Below, in pieces: positions 1-11,880 of a DNA stretch of 64,000 nt (position 1 is its first letter; each line of letters begins with the position of its first letter). Position numbers and translations under genes: made by a program. The stretch is from the NCBI GenBank assembly GCA_964016885.1, contig OZ024741.1, positions 150,970,001 to 151,034,000 on the forward strand, given 5' to 3'. The notes beneath the pieces are model-generated. The model did not search any database, was not told where the DNA came from, and saw nothing but the letters and a program-made list of their open reading frames with translations. The DNA is from Eledone cirrhosa. Taxonomy: Eukaryota.

Positions 1-502
1 AGTATATATGTATATACATACACACACGCACACACAAATATATATATATATTTATATGTTAAATATTTCGTATGTGTTGTTGAAAAGAATTTGGCATAAG
101 GAGAGAATCAATATTTAGCAATCAGCAGAACCTGTCAAATTTATGTTGTAATATAATGTGTGAAATACGAATGATATTAACGTTTGACATCGTTTTCCTG
201 AAACAATTCAAACCTTTCCTTCCGAGTAACTCTCCTGAGAAGAAATCGTAAAAATTTATCAATGATTTAAATATATATATATATGCACGAATAAACACAT
301 TCGCATATATATATATATATATATATATATAGGAACGAGTAGGACCCCGACGGCTGAGCTCAAGCCGTTTCGACGGCTAATTCTGGACTAACCCCGACGG
401 CTGAGCTCAAGCCGTTTCGACGGTTAATTCTGGACTAATTCTAGTCCAGAATTAGCCGTCGAAACGATATGGTCCATCTGGTTCCTTACCACATTTCCTT
501 CG

Positions 503-552
<50 letters not shown>

Positions 553-593
553 CGAAGGAAATGTGGTAATATATATATCTATATATATATCTA

Positions 594-634
<41 letters not shown>

Positions 635-1051
635 ATATAACGAAGGAAATGTGGTAAGGAACCAGATGGACCATACCGCACCAAAGTACTCAATACTTAG
701 GGTAGTAGAGTGGGTAATAGGAACAAGTATGACCCCAGAATTAGCCGTCGAAAAGGCTTGAGCTCTGCCGTCGGGGTCATATTTGTTCCTATATATATAT
801 ATCTATATATATATATATGTCCCAAGGCTATGATACCATCAACACCATAAACACAGAGCTGGCATATCTAAAACTGACTAACTGCCTGATGAGGTCATAG
901 CCATTCAGTGGCTATCATCGAAATATATATATATATGTTAGGTATAAAGTGAAGCTGTATCAGCCATATAGTTGGCACTATTCGAGTTGTTTGAGGCAAT
1001 CACAAAGAACTCAATGAAGCGAGAGTTTAATATATACATACACACACAAAC

Positions 1052-1103
<52 letters not shown>

Positions 1104-1104
<1 letters not shown>

Positions 1105-1290
1105 ATGGTTTCTACTTTTGACACAAGGCCAGCAATTATCCAGTATATTACTGATACTTTATTTTATCGTACCCCCAAGGATGAAAGGCAAAGTTAACCC
1201 CGGCGGGATTTGAACTCAGCCCGTAAAGGGATGTAACTCTATGCTAGAAAGCATGACGTCCGAGTCTCTACCGATACGGCCAATCCACAT
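1104..1290 (-). mobile_element. tRNA-derived SINE (family S1, Meta-domain-like core)
   Basis: Minus strand has A-box TGGCCGTATCGG, B-box GAGTTCAAATCC, core GCCTTTCATCC..GATAAAATAAAGTA and tail GCTGGCCTTGTG..TAGAAAC. Confidence 0.8.
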
Positions 1291-1591
1291 AATAATAAAA
1301 TGTAGTTTACTTGAAGCATTGTGCATAATATATAACGTTGAAAGCGATAAACAATGCAAAATGAACTGTAAGAGGTAGCGAAAAGTAAGTTTCCTGGTAA
1401 TCTTTGTATTGTTTATCTTTGTTCTTTTTTTCTGTCCAATATTTAGGGACCTAAGGTCCCTTCTTCAGGGTTTAAGGAACTTTCCAATTCCCTCTCTTTG
1501 GGATTAAATTTTGATTTTGATTTACATTTTTCTATGGTACAGTATATGGAAGGAATATATTAGTTTAACGCTTGAAATAGCAGGAAGAGAG

Positions 1592-1627
1592 TCTTAACGT
1601 TTCGAACGCTAGTCCTTCATCAGAAGA
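1592..1627 (-). ncRNA. Minimal hammerhead ribozyme (inverted degenerate partner at 1761-1796, plus)
   Basis: TCTT-CTGATGA-A-GGAC-TAGC-GTTC-GAAACGTT-AAGA, with palindromic AACGTT stem III. Confidence 0.75.
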
Positions 1628-2202
1628 AAGAATATATATATACACACACGCGCGCGCGCTGAAATATGCGTGCTTTTACTCCTCCACCCAAAAAAGAAAA
1701 ATACTTTCAAATTCCTTCTCATTATCTATCTTTCTATTTCTTCTTTTAGTTCCCATCCAATCTTCTGATGAAGGACTAGTGTCCGAAACATTAAAACTTT
1801 TCCCTATTAATATGCCTTTACATTGTATATTATCGTTTGCTTATATATATAATGTAATGAGTAGGAATGTAAAACGCGTGTCATAACTGAATAATGAATA
1901 AGGGTAATGGTGATACTGTGACACCTCGATCCTACTCATTATTATTATTAACACTCCGCTTATAATGATCACTGACCATAGTATAACACCAAATGTACAA
2001 CAGTACATACTATAGACCCATCTGTGCATCGAGTTCTCAACCTGGTGAATCAATAACGTAAAGTTATAAACCATTAAACTATATATGTATATATATATAT
2101 ATTAAAGAGTCTTTGAATTAATATATATATATATATATATGAATAAATAAATAATATATACATACATACATACATACATACATACATACATACATACATA
2201 CA

Positions 2203-2282
<80 letters not shown>

Positions 2283-2309
2283 TGAAGTCTGTCTTAAGTC
2301 AGAAGGGTC

Positions 2310-2435
2310 ATTTGGTCGGTGTTTATAGCGTGAAACGACTGAGAGTACAAAACTCCCCGGTGGACAGGACGTCAGTCCATCGCAGGGTTAAACCCCTTCT
2401 ATTGCTGGTACTTATTTTCAGCTGAGTATACTGGA
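2310..2435 (-). mobile_element. SINE remnant with V-domain-like segment
   Basis: Minus: CTCAGCTGAAAATAAGTACCAGC..CCCTGCGATGGACTGACGTCCTGTCCA. Confidence 0.45.
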
Positions 2436-3006
2436 TATATATATATATAGTAATAATAATAAATGCGAAGACTAAAATCCAAATACGACTCGATAAGGAT
2501 AAATATATCAGATATATGAGAACCTGAGAGCAAATATTTATTAAAATAACAGATTAAAGTTTAAGCAAAGAATCGCTGCTTTCACCCTTAACGGGATCTT
2601 CTGAAATATTAGGTATGAATCGAAGTTGTAGCAGGTACTAATCGATAATTGGGCCAGTAGAGTATAGCTACAAAATGTCGGGACATGACAGCTGAGCTCA
2701 TGCCGTTTCAACTGCTAGCTGAATATATTTATATAGGAAAATGTTTGACCTCGACGGCAGAGCTCAAGCCGTTTCGGTGGCTGTGGAAACGGATTGAGCT
2801 CTGCCGTCGGGGTCAAACACTTTCCTATTACCCACTCTACTACGCCAATAATTGAGTACTCTGGTGCGTTATGGTCCATCTGGTTCCTAGCCACACCTCC
2901 TTCGTTATATATATATATATACATATATGTATATATATATAAAATTTGATATATGTAATTTGATTGGTTATAAATGAAATTATGGCTGTCACGTGAACAA
3001 CTTCAT

Positions 3007-3046
<40 letters not shown>

Positions 3047-3125
3047 ATGAACTTGTTCACGTGACAGCCATAATTTCATTTATAACCAATCAAATTACAT
3101 ATATCAAATTATATATATATATACA

Positions 3126-3192
<67 letters not shown>

Positions 3193-3692
3193 CGAAGGAG
3201 GTGTGGCATAATTTCATTTATAACCAATCAAATTACATTTATAAAAAAACATGAAAAAACAACCTGAGCCCCCCTCCCCCTTGTTTGAAGAACTTTGTAA
3301 CGCGAACTGACGCGAAATTTATTATACTTATTGACCAACCAATCAAATTACTTCTCTAAAATCCTGGCGTTTCGAGCCACTTTTTTCCATATAAAACAAG
3401 TAACATTCAAAGACCAACCAGATATGAGAAAAACTACAGACCCTCCATCTCAACTCTACTTTTGAAAAACAGAAGAACTGCGAAACCGATAAAGGAACCA
3501 AATAAATATATATATTTTTTTAAAATTAAGACTCCAGTTGCATTTTCGATTTCATCTTTTTTTCTTTATATATATATATATATATGTATATGTATATATA
3601 TACTGGAACGTTGTCGCCATACTCTACTAGACCAATTATCGTTTACTTTGTTGAGTAATGGTCTCTACTAGTTTTAAACTGGCCCTATCGTG

Positions 3693-3762
<70 letters not shown>

Positions 3763-3933
3763 CTAATTTTAACTTTAATTTTGTCTTTTAATATGACTGT
3801 AATCTTTGTATGTAAATTGCCATGCTATATTATTATAATGGATGTCAACCCACTGTGGGTCAATATATACATATGTTTCTATATGTCTCTTGTGTTGAAA
3901 AGGAGGTCAAGTATGTAAAAAATCACTGAATAA

Positions 3934-3982
3934 TTGCTCCGAAGAATCCAAACCTCGGTTTGGAAGAAACAATTGTAAGCAA
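3934..3982 (+). ncRNA. Minimal hammerhead ribozyme, C4 core variant
   Basis: Stem I TTGCT/AGCAA, core CCGAAGA, stem II TCCAAACC/GGTTTGGA, GAAAC-AATT-GTA (palindromic ACAATTGT). Confidence 0.78.
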
Positions 3983-4240
3983 ATAAATGATTTAAACAGA
4001 ACTTTGATTCATGTAATTTATATATATATATATATATATATATAACGAAGGAAGTGTAGTAAGGAACCATGTGGACCGTAACGCATCAGAGTACTCGATA
4101 TTTTGGGTAGTAGAGAGGGTAATAGGAAAAGAGTCAGAACCCCGACGGCAACCCGTTTCGATAGATATTTCTAGACTGATAGCGTCCGGAAATACCTGAC
4201 GAAACGGCTTGAGCTCTGCTGTCGGTGTTCTGACTCTTTT

Positions 4241-4362
<122 letters not shown>

Positions 4363-4628
4363 TATATATATACATATATATATATATATAGTTAAAGAAT
4401 GAAGTGAAGATTAACATGGTTGGCTGTAAAATAAGGACTTTATTTAAAGTTCTGACAATTGTTTCGTTGATCAGGTGGGTCTAGAATTCGCTAATCGTTT
4501 GAGGTTGCGTTATTCGATTTCCAATACATTATTCACCTCAGGTCAACACATCAGAGTACGTACATATGAAAGTAATTCATTCGAAGTAAGAGTTATATAG
4601 AGAAATAGCGTATAATTAAAACAATAAA

Positions 4629-4699
<71 letters not shown>

Positions 4700-4930
4700 C
4701 TGATGATAGCTAAGATGCTTCCATATACGGTATGCCGATTGAGCACTTTATGCTCTTACAGAGCAGAGTATGATAGAATAGAAAACGAAAAATCAGTGAT
4801 GCATCTGAACTCAAATTATTGTGTATTACAATTGTTTCCCCGGCGGACAGCGCGAGACGCGATCATTGTGTGGATCTGTCTGATTCTGGACCCGCAGGCT
4901 CGACGGACACGTCTAATAATTTCGGACCAT

Positions 4931-4989
<59 letters not shown>

Positions 4990-5329
4990 CGAGAGAGAGA
5001 GAGTGAGAGAGTGAGAGAGAAAGAGAGAGAGAGAGAGTGAGAGTTAGTTCCACTCTTAATTAGCAAGCTAATTCTTTAACTTGTGTATGGTTGTAGTGAG
5101 AACACAAATATATATTAGCTGGCTGGATTCTGCGTGGTAGATGTCGGTAGTTGAATGACAAGGGAAACAACCCAATTAGACTATCGTGTGTGTGTGTGAG
5201 GGGGGGGGGGCAACGTTTGAAGAATGATCAGTTGTGATAGCTTAGTGCGGGTCATCTGGGTTATCTGGTTATCCTGGGTCCTTCCAGTTACGTAGTAGAA
5301 ACATCGCAGGGTGGGGTGGGCAGCGATTA

Positions 5330-5875
5330 AATATATCGGTCCTCGTGTTAAAAGAAGTACTGTTACGTAATCTCTGAAAGATAATTACTCTTTTATCAAT
5401 GCACAACTTACAGGAGACCGCTCCATTTCCGTATAATGCAGGTGTAAAATTTCAATTAAGTGAAGAAATTCACGCCTGCATTCCTAAGTGGCCATACATG
5501 GCTTGCCAGTTTCGTGAACGATCGATTATCAAAGTGTCTAAAGGTCGTCTGATAGTTAAGGAAGCGTTCTTTAACCCGGCCTTCTGACATGGCTACATAT
5601 GTCTTGACCTACTGCTGTTGATTCGGCCTCATATACGACTGCCGGTGCGGTACACTGTTGTTGTAGAGGGCATCATTCCGGCTTTCTGCAAGAGCATCCG
5701 GGTGGGTGAGAGCTGTTGAGGGTTGGTGGTTATGTGGGTTTTCATATTTTTGGTACGAGAATATCTGAGTGTAACCCTGTGTATATTAAAAATAGATCTG
5801 TATTTATGCCCTATAGGGAAGTGCTTGTCTAGGAGTGGTAAGAATGTCGTAGCAATTTTTATTTTTATTTCTACT
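5330..5875 (-). mobile_element. Penelope-like element fragment (GIY-YIG region)
   Basis: Minus-strand translation gives GCSCRKPE*CPLQQQC..VVYEA and CKLC, the CxCx5C linker and CxxC of PLE endonucleases. Degenerate. Confidence 0.7.
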
Positions 5876-5987
5876 GGTCATAGATAGATAGATAGATAGA
5901 GAGCTAAATGAGTGCAACGGGGAATAGAACGTATAATATAATCAGACAATTTTGCTACCTTTCCTTTTATTGAAAATGCCCGTAAAT

Positions 5988-6040
<53 letters not shown>

Positions 6041-6199
6041 AAGGAGTGTGACTTGGAGTTACTGTAGGTTCACCCGGGTGTGCACCTGATATTTAGGTTC
6101 ACTTCAGTGTCGAGGTGTATTACAGTTAAATAAGATAACAAGGACGATTGGTTATTCCTTCAGTGGTGACGCGTGTTTCGCCACTGACCAGCTCAAGGT

Positions 6200-8275
6200 G
6201 GCATATACAGAGATGATGCAGTATTTTCCTTCATAAATATTAGCAATACCGGGCTCGAAGGGATTAAAAAGTGTATGCACGGAATCTTCAAAACGTATAA
6301 TTTAGATATAACTATAGATAAAAGCACTAGGTTACTCAAATTCTTAGATATTACATTAGACCTAAACATTGAATCATATAAGTCTTACCACAAACCTGGT
6401 GAGTCCCTCTACTATATACATAGGAACTCAAACCATCTGAAAGCTATTATTAGACCTGTCATGAAAGCTGTACCGGGTATGATTTCCAGACTTTTTGTTA
6501 ATAAGCAGACTTTCGATCTTAATGCCCAATACTAAAATTGCGAGATCAAGCTATACTGCGAAGATATATCTCAAACCCAGACATTTATGCTTCTAGGAGC
6601 AACATAAAGTACAACAATAGCCATAAGGTACAACAAAAGCTCGTAGTATCCATAGCTTTAATAATGGATCTGGGAAATTAGTAAAATCCAATAGGCCTAA
6701 TAGCAGTAACATCCAGGAATTAAAAGGCACTACAATAAAGTTAGCTCTAACGACGTAAGTTCAATCTTCAAACCAACCACTTTTCTGTTGATCACCTTAA
6801 TACTAAGTATGTAATTAGTAATATGAACCATAGTTTAAGCACTAGTGTCCCTCTTCGTAAACCTTATATATATAGCGAACCTAGCAATAGAAATGTTGAT
6901 GGTATCCCAGACGACTACCACAATACTCCTAATGATAATTGTGTCGCACTTATAGCTAGCCTGCAGAATCTGCTAGTGAAACAAAACAATAATAGAAGAA
7001 AAAATGCATTTTGTTCAACCTTCAATACGAAATCCAGATCACGTCTAATATACCTAAGCTATTCTTTGACATAGTTGAGAGAAACTTCCCAGTAAAACAT
7101 GAATATCATAAAATAATTAACAAAAGCACCGTTAAACTATCCTTCTCGGCTAAACCTAATCTGGCAGACTTTCTAGCAGTTTATAATAATAGAAAAATTC
7201 GAATGTACACTTTAGATAGTCGATCTACTAATAGTGAGACGGTCATTACTAATCTAATTAGTGAAACTGATAATTTAGCATGTCTGCCTACGAATGGATT
7301 AGTATATATCAATATAACCGAATGCAGTACACTTACTAGTAATCACCACGTAAGAAGGGACTGCAATTGTAGGGTTCCTCATTCTTACCCCATTATGTGA
7401 CATTGCCTAAATAGCAGCGTGGTGTATAAGTGTGAGGTTTCTACCAATAAAAAACACTTATGATTACATAGGGGCTTCTATTTGCTTCAAGACGAGATTC
7501 TACTCGCACATCTACGCTTTCAGAACGAGAAGCTAAGATACACTGCTTCTCAAACTAGGCTGGTGCGGGACTTGAAAAATAAAAATATAAAATACACCCT
7601 TAAATGGGATTTGGTTAACTCTGGGAAACCTTATAATGTAGGACGGAAAAATTGTGATCTTTGACAGAGGCACTGAAAATAGTCTCATCTAATATCGCCC
7701 TTATAGACTCCAAGAATGAGGTTATCCCTTCTTGTAGCCAAACATTTTTCAATCGTTCTTCCATTCGACATTCGATTAGATTTGAATGCAATTCTAAGGG
7801 AATATTTTCGAAAGGGATCAATATCTAAGACGATTCTGATCTCTCCGAATGCCCCTCGCCTAGCTGTCACCCTTGTCCGATACTTTAACATATTTGTATT
7901 AGGTGCTCCCTTTAATAATCTATATTTTTATCTAAAACTTCTCTTTGTTTTACTTTTATCTTTATTTTTAGTGTTATTTTTAGATCAACACAACCTATTT
8001 GATTACTACCCCAATTAGACTCTAAGCGTGGTTATCTCTCTTTAACCACAGGTCGTAGCCAGGCCATCATGACATATTTACACTGGTTGATATGGACTAC
8101 TAAGATGCACCACGGAAGTTAATATCTTGTTAATGTTAATTTAAACATGTTTTATAAATCCTGATAAACAGGATTTCAATGAGAAATTACTGCACATTCT
8201 TATCATTCTTATGTAGCCTGGTGAAACATATGTCGGTCAATTAAATGTACAATTAACAACTTCAGTTGTTCTTTA
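6200..8275 (+). mobile_element. 5'-truncated degenerate Penelope-like element (RT C-terminus + GIY-YIG), CxCx5C (Naiad-like) type, with 3' hammerhead remnant
   Basis: FLDITLDL..YHKP..YIHRNSNH, FPVKHEYHKIINKSTVKLSFS, DCNCR, VVYKC, YIG, LKW..PYN..CDL. HHR-like CTGATAA...GAAACATATGTC at 8161-8236. Confidence 0.85.
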
Positions 8276-8301
8276 TACACACACGCACACACATATACAC
8301 A

Positions 8302-8376
<75 letters not shown>

Positions 8377-10704
8377 TAGAAAGTGAGGTTTTTTTTACAA
8401 AATGAAAAATAACCGAGGTGTCCTACACGAGTGAAAGTATAAAGAAAAAAAGATGAAATCGAAAATGCAACTGGAGTCTTATTTAAAAAAAAAAAATGTT
8501 TATTTGGTTCCTTTACCGATTTCGCAGTTCTTCTGCTTTTCAAAAGTAGAGTTGAGATGGAGGGTCTGTGGTTTTTCTCACATCTGGTTGGTCTCTGAAA
8601 GTTACTTGTTTTATATGGAAAAAGTGGCTCGAAATGCCAGGTTTTTCGAGAAGTAATTTGATTGGTTTGTCAATAATTATAATAAATTTCGCACCAGTTG
8701 GCGTTACAAAGTTCTTCAAACAGGGGGGGGGGGGGGGGGGTCATATATGAGTGTTTGAATTTCTTTTTACTTAAAAAAAAGGGGCTCACGAAGGCTTTTT
8801 TTTAATAAACGTAATTTGATTGGTTATAAATGAAATTATGGCTGTCACGTGAACAAGTTTTCATTAAATTTTCGCACCCTTATTTGGAAATCCATTCTGT
8901 AGGTTTTTAGAGAATTTTATGATAAGTAAAAGATAATGGTCAAGAGAAATGGGATGGGAGAATTGTTCTGGTTCAGTGAATATGGTTAGTTCGCTGGGGT
9001 GTCAGAATTCAGATTTTCTATTGAATAAAGAAAGTAAAGATATGTATGTTTATTTGTGTGCTTGTGTGTGTGTGTGTGTATTGGAAGATGATTCTAATAG
9101 TAGAAATGGAGGAGGGAGTTGTGTGTGTGTGTGTGGGAGTATGTTAAGATGGAGAGAATATATATTTTGTGTGTGTGTATATATGTGTGTAGGAAAGTGA
9201 TTCTATTAGTAGAAATGGGGGAGGGGAGTTGTGTGTGTGGGTGTGGGGGTTGTTATGTGTGTGTATGGGTGTTATGTGTGTGGGAGTATGGTTAGCATGT
9301 TAAGATGAAGAGAATATATATATATATTGTGTGTGTGTGTGTGTGTAGGAAAATGATTCCTTTAGTAGGAATATTTTGAATGAACATATTTTCCTTACTT
9401 ATTCGTATTTGTTCTGTTGTATTGTCAGTGCAAACGTATGTTAAGGTTTATTTAGTTCGGGTTTTTATTTTCTAAAGTAGAAGGTGTTATGTGTGTGTGT
9501 GTATGTGTCTGTTTGGATGGTTAGCATGTGTTGACATAATGTATATTAAACCATATTTAATGCTGGTCTATATTTTTGAATAACATATTTTCCTTATTTA
9601 TTCGTATTTGTTCTGTTGTATTGTTAGCGCAAAGGTAAAATGGGAAGACTTGGAATAAGACTTGGGTGTCTTATTACTTGCGCATATGTCTAGATGTGTG
9701 CTTAGTGGTATCTGTCTCGTGGTTGGATCTCGTAATTGTTGGCGATCAACTGTCATTCTGTTTCTGAATGTGAGTTTAGTTTGTCCTATATAATCTTCAT
9801 TGCATCCTTTACATTTAATGGCATAAATTAGATTTTTTGATGAGCAAGTGAAGTGATTTTTTACAGTAAAATTTTGTCCTGATTTAAATGTATACGTGTT
9901 GCCTTCAATGAGGTGAGTGCAGGTTCCACAATTAGAGCGACCACATTTTTTGACACTTGGTTGTGGGTTTGTGGTAGGTAATTTGGCATTGGTGAGTAAT
10001 GTTTTCCGTGATTTCGGTTGTCTTTTGCTTTTGATTATTTTGTGTGTTTCAAGGGCTTTTTCATTCTTGGGTTTTGTTTTAGTAGTGGGATGTTCTTGTG
10101 AATAGTGTTGTAAGCTTCCGCATTTCTTGGGTTGTGTGTTGAGATATATGATAGAATATTGGACGTACCTTGAATTTGTTTCTGTTTTCGTAATTCATCA
10201 ATGCCTAATGCTTTAGCCCTTTCTATTTACTTATCATAAAATTCTCTAAAAAGGCTACAGAATGGATTTCCAAATAAGGGCGCGAAAGTTAATGAAAACT
10301 TGTTCACGTGACAGCCATAATTTCATTTATAACCAATCAAATTACGTTTATTTAAAAAAAGCCTTCGTGAGCCCCCTTTTTTTTAAGTAAAAAGAAATTC
10401 AAACACTCATATATGACCCCCCCCCCCTTGTTTGAAGAACTTTGTAACGCGAACTGGCGCGAAATTTATTATAATTATTGACTAACCAATCAAATTACTT
10501 CTCGAAAAACCTGGCATTTCGAGCCACTTTTCCATATAAAACAAGTAACATTCAGAGACCAACCAGATGTGAGAAAAACCACAGACCCTCCATCTCAACT
10601 CTACTTTTGAAAAGCAGAACTGCGAAACCGGTAAAGGAACCAAATAAATATGTATATTTAAAAAAAAATAAGACGAAGTTGCATTTTCGATTTCATCTTT
10701 TTTT

Positions 10705-10710
<6 letters not shown>
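8377..10710 (-). mobile_element. Neptune-type Penelope-like element, 5'-truncated, with an inverted copy of its 3' end (arms about 8440-8930 and 10226-10710)
   Basis: Minus translation near 9750-9960: KCGRSNCGTCTHL..FTCSSKNLIYAIKCKGCNEDYIGQT..FRNRM (GIY-YIG with Cys linker). About 480-bp inverted arms, flanked by (TA)n. Confidence 0.85.
10604..10636 (+). ncRNA. Hammerhead-like motif with U3-A8 core (copies at about 8510-8546 minus, 3459-3494 plus, 49622-49657 minus)
   Basis: CTT-TTGAAAA-GCAG-(AA or AAGAA)-CTGC-GAAAC-CG-GTA-AAG, with palindromic ACCGGT. Confidence 0.6.
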
Positions 10711-10742
<32 letters not shown>

Positions 10743-10909
10743 ATGTATGACCCTGACGGCAGAGGTCAAGCCGTTTCGACGGCTATTTCTGAACTAAATT
10801 AGAATTTTTAGCCTGGTAAATACATTTTCCTATTACGCATTCTACTCCCCTAAGTATTGAGTACTCTGGTGCGTTATGGTCCATCTGGTTCCTTACCACA
10901 ACTCCTTCG

Positions 10910-10983
<74 letters not shown>

Positions 10984-11007
10984 ATATATATTATATTATA
11001 TATATAT

Positions 11008-11076
<69 letters not shown>

Positions 11077-11880
11077 GTGTGCAGAAGGAGAAGGCGAAGA
11101 TGTAGTAGCATTGTAAACCAAATAGATGATGATGAAGTAGAAATAAAATACGAATAAAAAGAAGAAAAAATAAGAATTAGAAGAGGAAGAAGTAAAAATC
11201 GAAGTAGAATAATAATAATAAGAAGAAAAAAGTAGTAAAAGAAGGAGAAGAGCTAGAAGAAAGATACGAAGAAAAAAAAAGAGAGGAAGGAAAAGAGTGA
11301 TTCATTAGGCATGAGTAAGATGAGAATAGAAATAGTATGAAAAGAAGTCGAAGGAAAAAAACAGTAGTACGAAGGTGAAGTTGAAAAGGTGTGGAAGAAA
11401 TGAACGAAGATATAATAGTGTGTTTATCGGAGTATAAAGAATTATAGATGCATGTTCTTTTAGTTTGTTATGTGATATTATGCGTTTTATTAACTGGTTT
11501 GCTTGGATGGACTTCAATATGAAGTTGAAAATAGCGAATGATCTAATTAATTACTTATTTTACTGCAGAAAATGTAACATATATTATGCTTTCCATTGAA
11601 ATAATAAGGTATGGTAAAATAATTAATCAATGATATATTTTTATTGAAAAGGTGATATAACGAATGATTAAGCAAGGATATAATAATTTGTTAAATTAGC
11701 ACTTTGTAGTAGCTTAGAAAGATATAAAAATATTTTGGAGATAATTCAGTATTATTTTAAACTTGTGAATTGAGGAGTAAATGTAAATGTAAAAACGGTG
11801 AATGCCCTGAGCTACAATGTGCTTTAAACGTTCTAGTTCAATGCATTCATTCGATTTAATAATCTATTATACTTGTTGGA

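Noticed and set aside
2549-2606. Repeat shared with 49812-49872 with CAGAAGA..GAAAG on minus
   Set aside because: Stem II is present but there is no NUH site or stem I pairing, so not called a ribozyme.
8440-10710. Long TIRs suggesting a DNA transposon or MITE
   Set aside because: The interior encodes GIY-YIG, not a transposase, and the arms are asymmetric PLE 3' ends.
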